DNA from: Candidatus Peregrinibacteria bacterium
Lineage (GTDB): Bacteria > Patescibacteriota > Gracilibacteria > UM-FILTER-43-11
Direction: 5' to 3'
Assembly (NCBI GenBank): GCA_016699515.1
Contig: CP064978.1
Coordinates: forward strand, 892,359 to 956,358
Length of the DNA: 64,000 nt
The notes under the pieces were generated by a model, which worked only from the letters and a program-made list of their open reading frames with translations, searched no databases and was not told where the DNA came from. Positions 39,214 through 48,790 of this stretch are shown piece after piece. The position numbers and the translations under genes are program-made. The number at the start of each line of letters is the position of its first letter. Position 1 is the stretch's first letter.

Positions 39214-40716
39214 TTAAGCTGCGGTTTTGTTTACATCATCCGTGTCGTGATAAGGACGGGCTTCTTCTACTCGTTTTAGCACTTCTTCTGTGATGTTTCC
39301 GGCAGGATAACCACCCCCCATGCATGAAGCGGTGAATTTTTTAATCTTTGGATTTCCCTCGCGCGCGGCCGCAATCAAATCGTCGAGCGTTTGGTAGTAA
39401 AGTTTATCGGCACCGATGGCCTCGCAAACCTGATCGATGGTGCGGTTGTGGGCAACCAGCTCTTTGCGTGTGGGCATATCAATGCCATACACATCCGGAT
39501 TAATGATCGGAGGCGCTGCTGAAGCAAAATATACTTTCCTTGCCCCGGCATCGCGCGCGAGCTGAATGATTTTGCGCGAGGTGTTACCGCGCACAATGCT
39601 GTCATCCACCAACAAAACGTTTTTGTTTTTAAACTCGAGCGGAATTGGGTTGAGTTTGTATCGAATCGACTTTTTGCGCGCCTCTTGATCGGGCATAATG
39701 AACGTGCGCCCGATGTAGCGATTCTTAATAAATCCTTCGCGAAACTTTACTTTAAGCTCATGAGCAAGGGTGAGTGCAATGTGTCGAGAGGTGTCGGGGA
39801 TGGGGATGACGACATCGATTCCCAATTTGTTTTTATTCTCCGGTGGGTTTTGCTTGATTTGCTTGGCCAATTTTACTCCCAAGCGCATGCGCGTTTTATA
39901 CACACTCACCTGGTCGATCAAGCTATCGGGACGAGCCAAATAAACGTGCTCAAAGATGCAGGGTTGCAACTTTCCTTTGACACATTGTTTAGTGTGTAAT
40001 TGGTGATTTTCGTCGATAAATACCGCTTCACCCGGCTGCACATCGCGCACGATTTTGTAGCCCATGGTTTGAAACGCCACACTTTCGGAGGCAATCATGT
40101 ATTCCTTTTTTTTGCCGGCTTCCTCGCGCATGCCAATAATAAGAGGTCGAATGCCAAATGGATCACGAAATGCCAAAAGCCCATGCCCCGCAATCATCGC
40201 CACACATGCATATCCTCCTTCTACTCGTTTAAACAAACGGGTCATCGCCTTGAAGATGCGCGCTGCGCTCAATTTGGATTGCCGATGCGTTTCTTTCATC
40301 AGCTCAAACGCCAATACGTTCAATAAAACTTCTGAGTCGGAGGTGGTGTTTAAGTGGCGCAAATTTTCGGTAACCACTTCGTTTTTGAGCGACTCGTAAT
40401 TGGTTAAGTTTCCATTGTGCGCCAGGGCAATGCCATAGGGAGCGTTCACATAAAATGGTTGGGCTTCTTCGTCGCTCTGACAACCTGCGGTGGGGTAACG
40501 CACATGCCCGAGCCCCATGGTTCCCAGCAATCTAAGAACGTGGCGAGTGTGAAACACATCGCGCACCAGCCCATTGGCTTTGCGTAAATGAATATGGCGA
40601 CCGTCATAAGTGGCCATTCCGGCAGCATCCTGCCCACGGTGCTGCAGTGTGATGAGCCCGTCGTAAAGTTCCTGAACGACATTTTGATTTCCCATGATTC
40701 CAACGACGCCGCACAT
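39214..40716 (-). CDS. purF: Amidophosphoribosyltransferase
   Basis: MCGVVGI N-terminal nucleophile and the PRTase motif VLLVDDSIVRGNT. The start is set at the Met before Cys, because the longer ORF-track N-terminus is translated repeat sequence. Confidence 0.9.
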   Translation of the reverse strand: MCGVVGIMGNQNVVQELYDGLITLQHRGQDAAGMATYDGRHIHLRKANGLVRDVFHTRHVLRLLGTMGLGHVRYPTAGCQSDEEAQPFYVNAPYGIALAHNGNLTNYESLKNEVVTENLRHLNTTSDSEVLLNVLAFELMKETHRQSKLSAARIFKAMTRLFKRVEGGYACVAMIAGHGLLAFRDPFGIRPLIIGMREEAGKKKEYMIASESVAFQTMGYKIVRDVQPGEAVFIDENHQLHTKQCVKGKLQPCIFEHVYLARPDSLIDQVSVYKTRMRLGVKLAKQIKQNPPENKNKLGIDVVIPIPDTSRHIALTLAHELKVKFREGFIKNRYIGRTFIMPDQEARKKSIRYKLNPIPLEFKNKNVLLVDDSIVRGNTSRKIIQLARDAGARKVYFASAAPPIINPDVYGIDMPTRKELVAHNRTIDQVCEAIGADKLYYQTLDDLIAAAREGNPKIKKFTASCMGGGYPAGNITEEVLKRVEEARPYHDTDDVNKTAA

Positions 40717-40728
40717 ATTTTTTGGATT

Positions 40729-40775
40729 AAAAATTACGAATTCACAATGACGAATTACGAATTTTTTCGTAATCG
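40729..40775. repeat. Low-complexity region (word ATTACGAAT) with a small hairpin
   Basis: AAAAATTACGAATTCACAATGACGAATTACGAATTTTTTCGTAATCG between the folD stop and the purF start. Confidence 0.65.
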
Positions 40776-40792
40776 AACTATTATTAAGCTTT

Positions 40793-41650
40793 CTAACTAT
40801 TTTGACGCATTCGTTTCGCTGCATGCACCGTGTTCACCATTAAGGCTGCCACCGTCATTGGACCCACTCCGCCGGGAACCGGCGAAATGTAGCTGGCTTT
40901 TTTACTGACATTTTCAAAATCCACGTCTCCGCAAAGCGATCCATCTTCTCTTCGATTGATTCCAACGTCGACCACCACGACGCCGTCTTTCACCATATCC
41001 GCTGTGATAAGATTTGGCTTTCCTACGGCTACAATCAAAATATCAGCGCGACGGGTGTGACTGGCTAAGTCGCTCGTATAAATGTGACATGTGGTTACGG
41101 TGGCATTGCGATTCAGCAACATGGTGCTGATGGGTTTTCCCACGTGGTTGCTATGCCCCACCACAACGACCTCTCGCCCCTGAATTTGAATGTCGTAATG
41201 GTCCAATAATTTAACAATGCCCAATGGGGTGGCGGGTGGCAAATCTTCAAAGTCCGGGCTTAAAAACATTTTACCCAAATTGTAGGCATGAAAGCCGTCG
41301 ACGTCTTTTTTGGGATCGATCGCCCGAATGATTAAGGGGACTTCAATGTGGGACGGCAGCGGCAATTGAACAATAAAGCCCGTTACCGAATCGTCTTGAT
41401 TGAGTTGTTCCACTTGGGCCAAGAGCTCATTTTGTGTGGTGGAATCGTTTAAATGAATTTTTACAAAATTCACCCCGGCTCTTTCACAGGCGACTTGTTT
41501 ATTACGCACATAAGACGCGGACGCCGGATTATCGCCCACCTGAATCACCACTAATTTTGGTTTTAGGGCCTCGATCTCACTTTTAAGCGAATCGATCAAC
41601 TCAGCAGAGAGTGCTTTGCCGTCTAAAGGGTCATGGTGATAATAAATCAT
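40793..41650 (-). CDS. folD: Bifunctional methylenetetrahydrofolate dehydrogenase/cyclohydrolase
   Basis: VGDNPASASYVRNK and VVVVGHSNHVGKP motifs, 285 aa. Confidence 0.9.
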   Translation of the reverse strand: MIYYHHDPLDGKALSAELIDSLKSEIEALKPKLVVIQVGDNPASASYVRNKQVACERAGVNFVKIHLNDSTTQNELLAQVEQLNQDDSVTGFIVQLPLPSHIEVPLIIRAIDPKKDVDGFHAYNLGKMFLSPDFEDLPPATPLGIVKLLDHYDIQIQGREVVVVGHSNHVGKPISTMLLNRNATVTTCHIYTSDLASHTRRADILIVAVGKPNLITADMVKDGVVVVDVGINRREDGSLCGDVDFENVSKKASYISPVPGGVGPMTVAALMVNTVHAAKRMRQNS

Positions 41651-41743
41651 GGAGGTGCGCCCATAATAACGAATCCTGATTTATTCAAGATTTAAAATAA
41701 AAGATTGGCTGATTTTTTGCCGATGCGACTTGATTTTGAGTGT

Positions 41744-42873
41744 TTAAAGTTCGCGCTGCTCTTGGCGACTACGTAATTCCTGCAGAATTTCCTTCATTTC
41801 GCCGAATGAAGAACAGCGAAACTGACACTCAAACGCCTGCTTATTAAAAACCCACCGACCGATGCAATCGGGGTAGCCGGGCCGGGGGCCAATATGCAAT
41901 TGATTGCTCAGATTGTCGTCGCAACATACATTTTGCCCGTCGACCGTCACCTGCTTGCTGCAGGTTAAACTCACCGGATCGGTTTGTGGGACGCCCGGAG
42001 TTGGAATCACTGGATTGGGTTCTTCGGGTACGGGCGGTTGGCCGTCGAAACAGGTAAACGCGCAACGCTGTTCACTTTCGTTAAATCCCCACGACCCCGA
42101 ACAATTGACGGTGGGCGTGTTGTGATACACATGATAACAACATTGATCTTTGACCGCCTGGGACCCCACACCACATTGTGGAAATGTGGCCGGTGTGTTG
42201 GGAACCACCGGTAGTTCTCCGTTTGGATTGGGATTGGATGGGCCCACTCCGGTATCCAGTTGAACCGGCCCGTTACTTGTTGTTGAATTTGAGTTATTGA
42301 ACGGATTGGATGGTGGAGGCAATGTCACTCCACTGGAGGCCGGAGCATCGGATTGGATTGTGCCCACGCCCGAAATTTGGATGGTCCCATCCGGAATAAA
42401 GGTAATCGTGTCTTGCCCCACAACATTCCCAAAACCCGACGAGGGCGTGTAAAGCCTTCGCCCGCGATCGTCTTGCACGATGACATTTTGGTTGATCAGC
42501 TGAGTGAGGTCAATGCTCACATTGTGTGGCACCACAATAATGCCCGATATCGAGCCTTCCAAACGACCGTCCGCGTAGCGAAATTTGATCGTGTCATCGT
42601 TCACACGAAAAAAACGCACCTGTCGCAGCTCGCTGGGCGGCCCCTCTAAATCGATTGAAATGTAGTCGATATCGGCAGTGATGATTTGTAGTACCGCCCC
42701 GCTGGAATTATCAATTTCCAGCGTATTGCCACCCGCCTTTTTAATGGTGTCGCTCTTATGGTTCGCGCTGGCACCGGAACGCAGCCACCAAAAAACGAGG
42801 AGGGCTATTACACATATTCCCCCTGCGATCAGGGCGATGAGCAGCGGTCGCGTGATTCCTTTTTATTATTCAT
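41744..42873 (-). CDS. Membrane-anchored Cys-rich secreted protein (one frame break)
   Basis: An N-terminal TM (LLIALIAGGICVIALLVFWW) appears once T5 42860..42864 is corrected. There are two C-terminal Cys modules (..QCCYHVY..CSGSWGF..CAFTC and ..VCCDDN..CIGRWVF..CQFRC). Confidence 0.5.
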
Positions 42874-43013
42874 GGGCTTATTTTTTCTGTATTGTACAAG
42901 AATACTCGATTGAATCAAAGTGAAGTCTTGGTTCTGCTGAATCGACCGTGCCCTTACCCCCCTTTCATTTACGCTTAAACTATGATATAATGATTAGATT
43001 TTATTTGTGATGC

Positions 43014-46000
43014 TTGGGTATGGGTTCAGTTGCCTTAAAGCACGGGTTTAGACCTAAAATGGCTTTGATCATTGGGTTTTTTGGCGTGCTGGCCAGCGCA
43101 TTGCTGGTTTCGACCGCCGAACAAGCCGGTACTACGTTTTCACTGACCGCCAATACGGTTCCGGTTGGGCAGTACCCCACCACACTCACTTTGGACATTG
43201 ACCCCAATGCCGAGAGCGCCGGGCTTTTAGGAGCCGAAGTGCATCTCAGCTATGATCCCAATTTACTTTCGATTCAGTCGATTTCTACCAATTGCGGCTT
43301 TAATAGCTGTCTTGATTTTTCGGAATCCGGCACGCTCAAGTTTTTGGGAGCTTCGGGATTGCAGCAAGATGGTGGCCAGATACTCACCACGACTCAAACG
43401 TTCGCCACACTTCAAATTTTAGCTGCTCAAAGCAGTACCCTTACTTTTAGCAAATGTTCCATCATCACCAACCAGGCTTCGTTGGCAACGTGCACGGCAC
43501 TGCCTTTTACGATCCAGGCGAACGGCACCGTTTCGACTTCTTGTGGGAACGCTACCTTGGACACCGGTGAAACGTGTGACGACGGCAATACGGTGAATGG
43601 CGATGGTTGCAGCAGTGTGTGTGCTTTGGAAACCGGTGGAGGAATGTGTGGAAATTCCGCGGTGGACACCGGTGAAACGTGTGACGATGGCAATACGGTG
43701 AATGGCGATGGTTGCAGCAGTGTGTGTGCTTTGGAAATTTGCGGCAATGGTATTTTGAATTTTGGAGAACAGTGTGACGATGGAAACCAAATTGACACCG
43801 ACAGCTGCACGAATACTTGTACCAACACTTCATTGGTGCTGGAAAATCCGATTTGTGGAAATTTGGTGATTGAAGGAAGTGAACAATGTGATGATGGAAA
43901 CGATTTGGCCGGCGACGGCTGCAATCAACAATGTTTGTTAGAAGTGATACGAAGAGAAGTGGCTTTGGACTTTTTGACGTTTAAAACGGTGAGTGGGGTT
44001 AAGAGCGCCTTGGTGGGCAAAACCCTTCCGCTGATCACCAATGCCCATTTTACGGATGAGAGCGTCCAAAACATCACCCAACTTGAAGGTGTGATTTATT
44101 CCAGCTCCAAACCAACTGTTGCCACCATTGAACAAGGGAATTTGATTACCAAGCGCAAAGGAACGACGACATTTTTTGTGAGCTATAGCACCGGTGGAGT
44201 GACTCGCAATGCGCAGTTTAGCTTTACGGTCACCGAACCTGCCCCCGAACCCGTTCCGGTGGCGCCCGTTGAACCAGTGAAAGAACCTGAAACTCCACCC
44301 GTAGTAGAAGCTCCGCCCCAAGAAGATCCATCGAATGAACCGCTTAGACCCGCCGCGCATTCACTGACCGAAGGTGAACTGGGTGCGATTGCTTCCGCCT
44401 CGGAAGTGGTGGAATCCGGTGCGTTTGTGGATCAATTTCAACTTGATCTGCCCGACTCCACTCAAACCATCGACCATCAAATTGAATCGTGCACCGGGAA
44501 TGGTTATTTTAAAGGCATCGATCTTTCTACGCTCATTGGTGATGCGGACGGTGATGGTCTTACCGATCGATCGGAATGTTACGTAGGCACGAATCCACGC
44601 TCGTATGATACCGATCGGGATGGATGCAGCGACGGAGAAGAGGTGAACTTGCTTGCCACCAATCCCACGCGAGCGGGAGATTGTGATGCAAAAGCAGAAT
44701 CGGAAGCGGAACCTATCAAGCCCATGGTTTCTATCACCGATCCCCAACAAGGATGGATTGTGCGCAGCAACACGCCGCGGTTAGCCGGAGTGGTCAGCCG
44801 CAACGCGACTCAGGTGGAATTGGTTGCCTTTCATGCTGATCAGTCCGCCCTGGCCGCCTTAAAAAAAGTGGCTGAACAATTGGCGGCCGATCCGCGAGCC
44901 GACCTGGCGAGCAGCTTAATGGATGAACTGGACAATCGCATAAAACAGCTGAACGCGTTTTGGCTGGAGAATGGAGACTTTTTTGACTATGGCTCACTCA
45001 ATACTTTAATTCGCCGCGTGAGCGATATTGCCACTCAGAATGGCGCAATGGGGTGATTGAAAACGGCGACACTGCAGCGATTCAAGAAGGTGCGACTGCG
45101 ATCCTTGATTTGGTCAATCCCGCGCTTTTGAACCCGATTTATCTTGGTAAAACTCAGGAGTTTTCTGAAACGTTTGTAGGTGAAAAGAAATTGAATCGCT
45201 TTGAAATTAATGCTTTCGAGCTGCAAGATCAAAAGGTGTACAACTTGGTTGCAATTGCCACTTACGAAGATGGAACCACTTTAAAATCGGCCGCTGTTTC
45301 TTTTGGAGTTAATGAAGGCTTGGGCGTTAACGCGCCGGACCCACGCACCCTGGATAACGTACCGATTGAGTCCGATCAACTTAACTTTAGTTGGATTCCC
45401 GGGGCTTATGCACAATCCGACTCCCTCATTCGCATTCATCAGACCCAACCGGTGATTGAAGGCGATTCGGAGTTTGGCACGCAAGTGTATGCCATTTGGA
45501 ATAGTTTGGTTTTGGCTTCATCGGTTATTTCGGATAGTGAGGAGGGCTTCTTTTCGATCAAGGCCCCGCAGGCTTTGGAAGGTGGATCACTTCATCGTGT
45601 GAGCTTGTACGCCTTAAAACGTGTGGGCAATAAGGTGATTCGTTCCGATACGGTCGATGTGCATTTTGAAGTGGCTCCCGCTGCCTTGAGTGTATTGAAT
45701 GTATCGCTCGCCCTTGGCGTGCTGGCCCTTTTGATCGCGATTTATTGGATCGTTCGTCGAGTGCTCATGCGCCGAAAATCATCGTTGAATCCTGATGACT
45801 TGTTGCCCGAGGAAGGGCGTGTGGAACGTGTGCTGCATACCTACGACCATTCCATTGCCAGTTTTTCTCCACTGCCTACTCATCCGCAACCCTTGGTGTT
45901 TCCGGCCGCTCCTTCTCCTTTTCCGGTTACAAAACCGGCTGCTCCGTCGGCAACGCCCGTTGCCTCCTCGCTGATTTCACCGTTCCCCTTACTACTGCCG

Positions 46001-46147
46001 GCACCTTTGCCACCCACTACTCCATTGCCCGAGGCCGGTGATCCCACCTTTGATCTGTTTCAAACCGACTTAACGGAAAATACCGAAGAAGCCCTGCTGG
46101 AGCGGTATGAAGACGATGCCTTGCAAGATCTAGCTCACAAACATTAA
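43014..46147 (+). CDS. Very large surface protein with cohesin-like N-terminus, Cys-rich CxxxGExCDDGN repeats, Ig-like domain, TSP3-like repeats and a C-terminal TM (one frame break)
   Basis: ORFs 43014..45056 and 45053..46147 join if G4 45050..45053 gains one base (..NGAMGVIENGD..). Five repeats are of the type CGN..DTGETCDDGN.VNGDGCSSVC. TM is LALGVLALLIAIYWIV, followed by a Pro-rich tail. Confidence 0.6.
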
Positions 46148-46410
46148 ACTTGTTCAACGGTGATGCGTGGGTCGATCGCCATTTTGAGCGTTTGTTCGAT
46201 GTAGGGAAATGTCGCCGATTCGCCAATGGCACAGTTTCCGCAGGCTCCGTAATAGCGCACTTTGATGTTCGTTCCTTCAATGTCCATAATTTCCATTCCG
46301 CCTCCGTCCATCATGAGCGCAGGGTAAATCTCGGGCTCCAACACTTCGTTGACCCAATCCACTTGATCGTCGATATCCATGGTGGCGAAATCTTTTTTAG
46401 GCGTGCTCAT
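46144..46410 (-). CDS. NifU C-terminal-domain (Nfu-type) Fe-S cluster protein
   Basis: ..ALMMDGGGMEIMDIEG..VRYYGACGNCAIG..: the CxxC motif in its Nfu context. Confidence 0.75.
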   Translation of the reverse strand: MSTPKKDFATMDIDDQVDWVNEVLEPEIYPALMMDGGGMEIMDIEGTNIKVRYYGACGNCAIGESATFPYIEQTLKMAIDPRITVEQV

Positions 46411-47339
46411 GCGGGGTGAGTTTAAGCTGTGAATCCTGCTCCATTTTTTCTTTGATCAATTGAATCTCGTCCAATAGTTTAACAAAATCTTCTTTGGGCA
46501 TGATGTGCGTGCCAACCAATCCCAGCTTGAGATTGAGATCCTTTTTCTTTAACAATCGATTGAGAAACCAGAATCCGCCAAAAAAGTAGACGTACACCAC
46601 CAAAAAAGCCAGAGGGTGCTGCGTAGAAAGAATAAAATCATACATCGCATGGATTCCCATGGCTAAGGTTAAGCCAATCAAATACATTTCGCGATAATAC
46701 AGGTCGGATTTTTTGAAGCGCAAGACATTTTTCATAAACTGCAAAATCGGGTGATGCTCCTTCTTCATGTATTGAATTTTAAGCACGGGTGACGCAAAGT
46801 GAGCCATTCCATAATAATAACCCAATATTCCGGAGCACAACACATGCACCATGGTCACCACCGTAACTCGCATGAGCGCAAATACAAAAAATCCACCCGC
46901 GGAAAGCTGACCCCAATTGTGGCTGAAGTAGACCATGTTTTCATAAAAAGCGAACCCCAACGCGCTAATGATTGCCAGCCGTATGACGTCGTCGATTGAA
47001 TTAAAAAAGCGCCGGCTGACCAGTCTCATCATCCAAAACTTGGCAAATTCCTCGATGACCCCTACCCCCACAAAGCTCAGAAACAGAGCCAACAATGGAT
47101 TTTCAAAAAATAAATTTTTCAAGTTTTCCTGAAAATCAACCGGATTGACCTGAAAGAAAATAAGATTGATGGTTTCGCCCCAATACCCCTGGTAAATCAA
47201 AATCAATCGCCGCGATCATGCCCGCAATAAACGTAATAAGCACCAACCAAGGATTTTTACGGTGATGCCTTAAGAACAAATAAAGCCATGCGATAGCGGG
47301 CAACACAGCACTGAGAAGGACAATGGCGGTTTTGAACAT
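46397..47339 (-). CDS. PrsW-family intramembrane protease (one frame break)
   Basis: Multi-TM protein with VIEEFAKF, FAFYEN and GIHAMYDF motifs. The fragments join near 47207. Confidence 0.6.
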
Positions 47340-47390
47340 TATTTTTGGTTATCTTTGCTTAGTATACTTATATCCTGGGGATTTTCACAA

Positions 47391-47533
47391 GGTCACTGCC
47401 GAGTCACTGGATCACTAGGTCACTCGCTTCGCTTGATCACTAGATCACAAAATTATTAATTATTTTTTGCCCCAGTGATCAAGTCCCGATGATCATCGGG
47501 ACGAGTGATCCAGTGAAGAAGTGATCCAGTGAC
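47391..47533. repeat. 143-nt low-complexity palindrome (word GTGATCCAGTGA / TCACTGGATCAC)
   Basis: The left arm carries tandem GTCACTG/GATCACT words and the right arm their complements. The inner perfect palindrome is CCCGATGATCATCGGG. It abuts the nadB stop. Confidence 0.75.
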
Positions 47534-48725
47534 TTAGATGACATAATGCCCCCCCACGCTTTGGCGTCGCTTTGCGCAGGCGTCTAAAATGGCTTTAGCT
47601 ACCAGTTTTCGGTGATGAATGCGGATATCACGCGAGGGGATCGAGTCGATTTCGACCCGTGCCTGCGCATATCCGTCCGCACTACGAATAATTCCAGCAT
47701 GCTCCCACATGATTTTTCCCAGGCGCTTGGCATAGGCTTTTACCTCGGGGAGAGGTTCGATGATGAGGGTGGGTGGGTTTTCGAATGATGTTTTTTGAAG
47801 GCGCGACCCTTCGACGAGCTCAGGATCATTCGCGCCTTCTTTCGACTCAATACTATTTGCCAAGCGCTCGGCAAATACCATTCCTTCTAAAAGGGCGTTT
47901 GACGCCAGTCGGTTGGCTCCATGCACGCCGGTGCAGGCAACTTCTCCCACGGCATACAAACCCGGCAGCTGGGTTTTTGCATTCAAATCGACCGGAATCC
48001 CGCCGCTGGCAAAGTGGGCCACCGGGGTAATGGGTACGCGGTCTACTGTTAAGTCGATGCCATAGTCTTTCAGGCGTTTATAAATGTTGGGAAACTTTTT
48101 TGATTTCAGCCGCGTTCAAATGATTCATTTGCAAATAAACTCCCCCTTCATTTGCTCAAAATAAATCGCTCGAGTGACGATGTCTCGCGGCGCCAATTCA
48201 GCGTCCACATGAACCTTTTAAAAACTCAACTCCGGCCTCATTTACAATTTTAGCGCCGAAGCCACGCAGCGTTTCGGACAACAAAAAATAACGCCCTGCG
48301 TCTAAATGATCCACCGCGGTGGGAGTAACCTGTTTAATCAAATGATTGAGAATGTCTTGCCCGGTAAAATCACTGGTGTGCCATACGCGCGCATGGCTGT
48401 GTGCCGCTTCGAGCGCGGGTTCCTGCTGAAAGGGAACCCCGATCGATTTTAAAAATCGAATCGAGCGCGGAGCATGCTCCACTAAAACCCGCACCGCCTT
48501 TTCGTCATTCAAATAACTGCCGGCCTTGAGCGTATCTTGAATGTGCGACTCGAAGGAATCTTCCGGCAACATGACCGCAGCCACTCCGCCCTGAGCCCAA
48601 TAAGTATTGGCTTCACGCAATTTTCCTTTGGTTACCACCGTTACCGAGCCTTTATCCTTTAAAAAATAAGCGGCCGAGAGTCCGGCGATACCGGAACCAA
48701 TGATGAGAAAATCGGTTTGATTCAT
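47534..48725 (-). pseudogene. nadB: L-aspartate oxidase, degraded (internal deletion plus at least three frame breaks)
   Basis: FAD N-terminus DFLIIGSGIAGLSAA and C-terminal HGANRLASNALLE are present. About 100 aa between the H..D.TG and LLSE.LRG.GA regions are absent relative to E. coli NadB as I recall it. 48040..48190 needs several frame changes. Confidence 0.7.
47797..47843. repeat. 47-nt palindromic element, copy inside nadB
   Basis: GAAGGCGCGACCCTTCGACGAGCTCAGGATCATTCGCGCCTTCTTTC is the exact reverse complement of 49068..49114. It is translated as KEGANDPELVEGSRL. Confidence 0.85.
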
Positions 48726-48790
48726 TTTTTATAGTCAATCCTTATTCTTATAACTTCTTTTGCGAAAATACCTCCACTTGCCTGTTGATA

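Noticed and set aside
43559-43737. Diversity-generating retroelement (template/variable repeat pair), considered because Avd-like four-helix-bundle genes are present.
   Set aside because: No reverse transcriptase is in the window. Both copies are coding units of one gene. The single difference is C/T, not the adenine-specific pattern expected for TR/VR.
43419-43924. Three overlapping minus-strand ORFs (93-165 aa) with internally repeated peptides.
   Set aside because: Their repetition simply mirrors the Cys-repeat units of the plus-strand surface-protein gene, which has the coherent domain structure.
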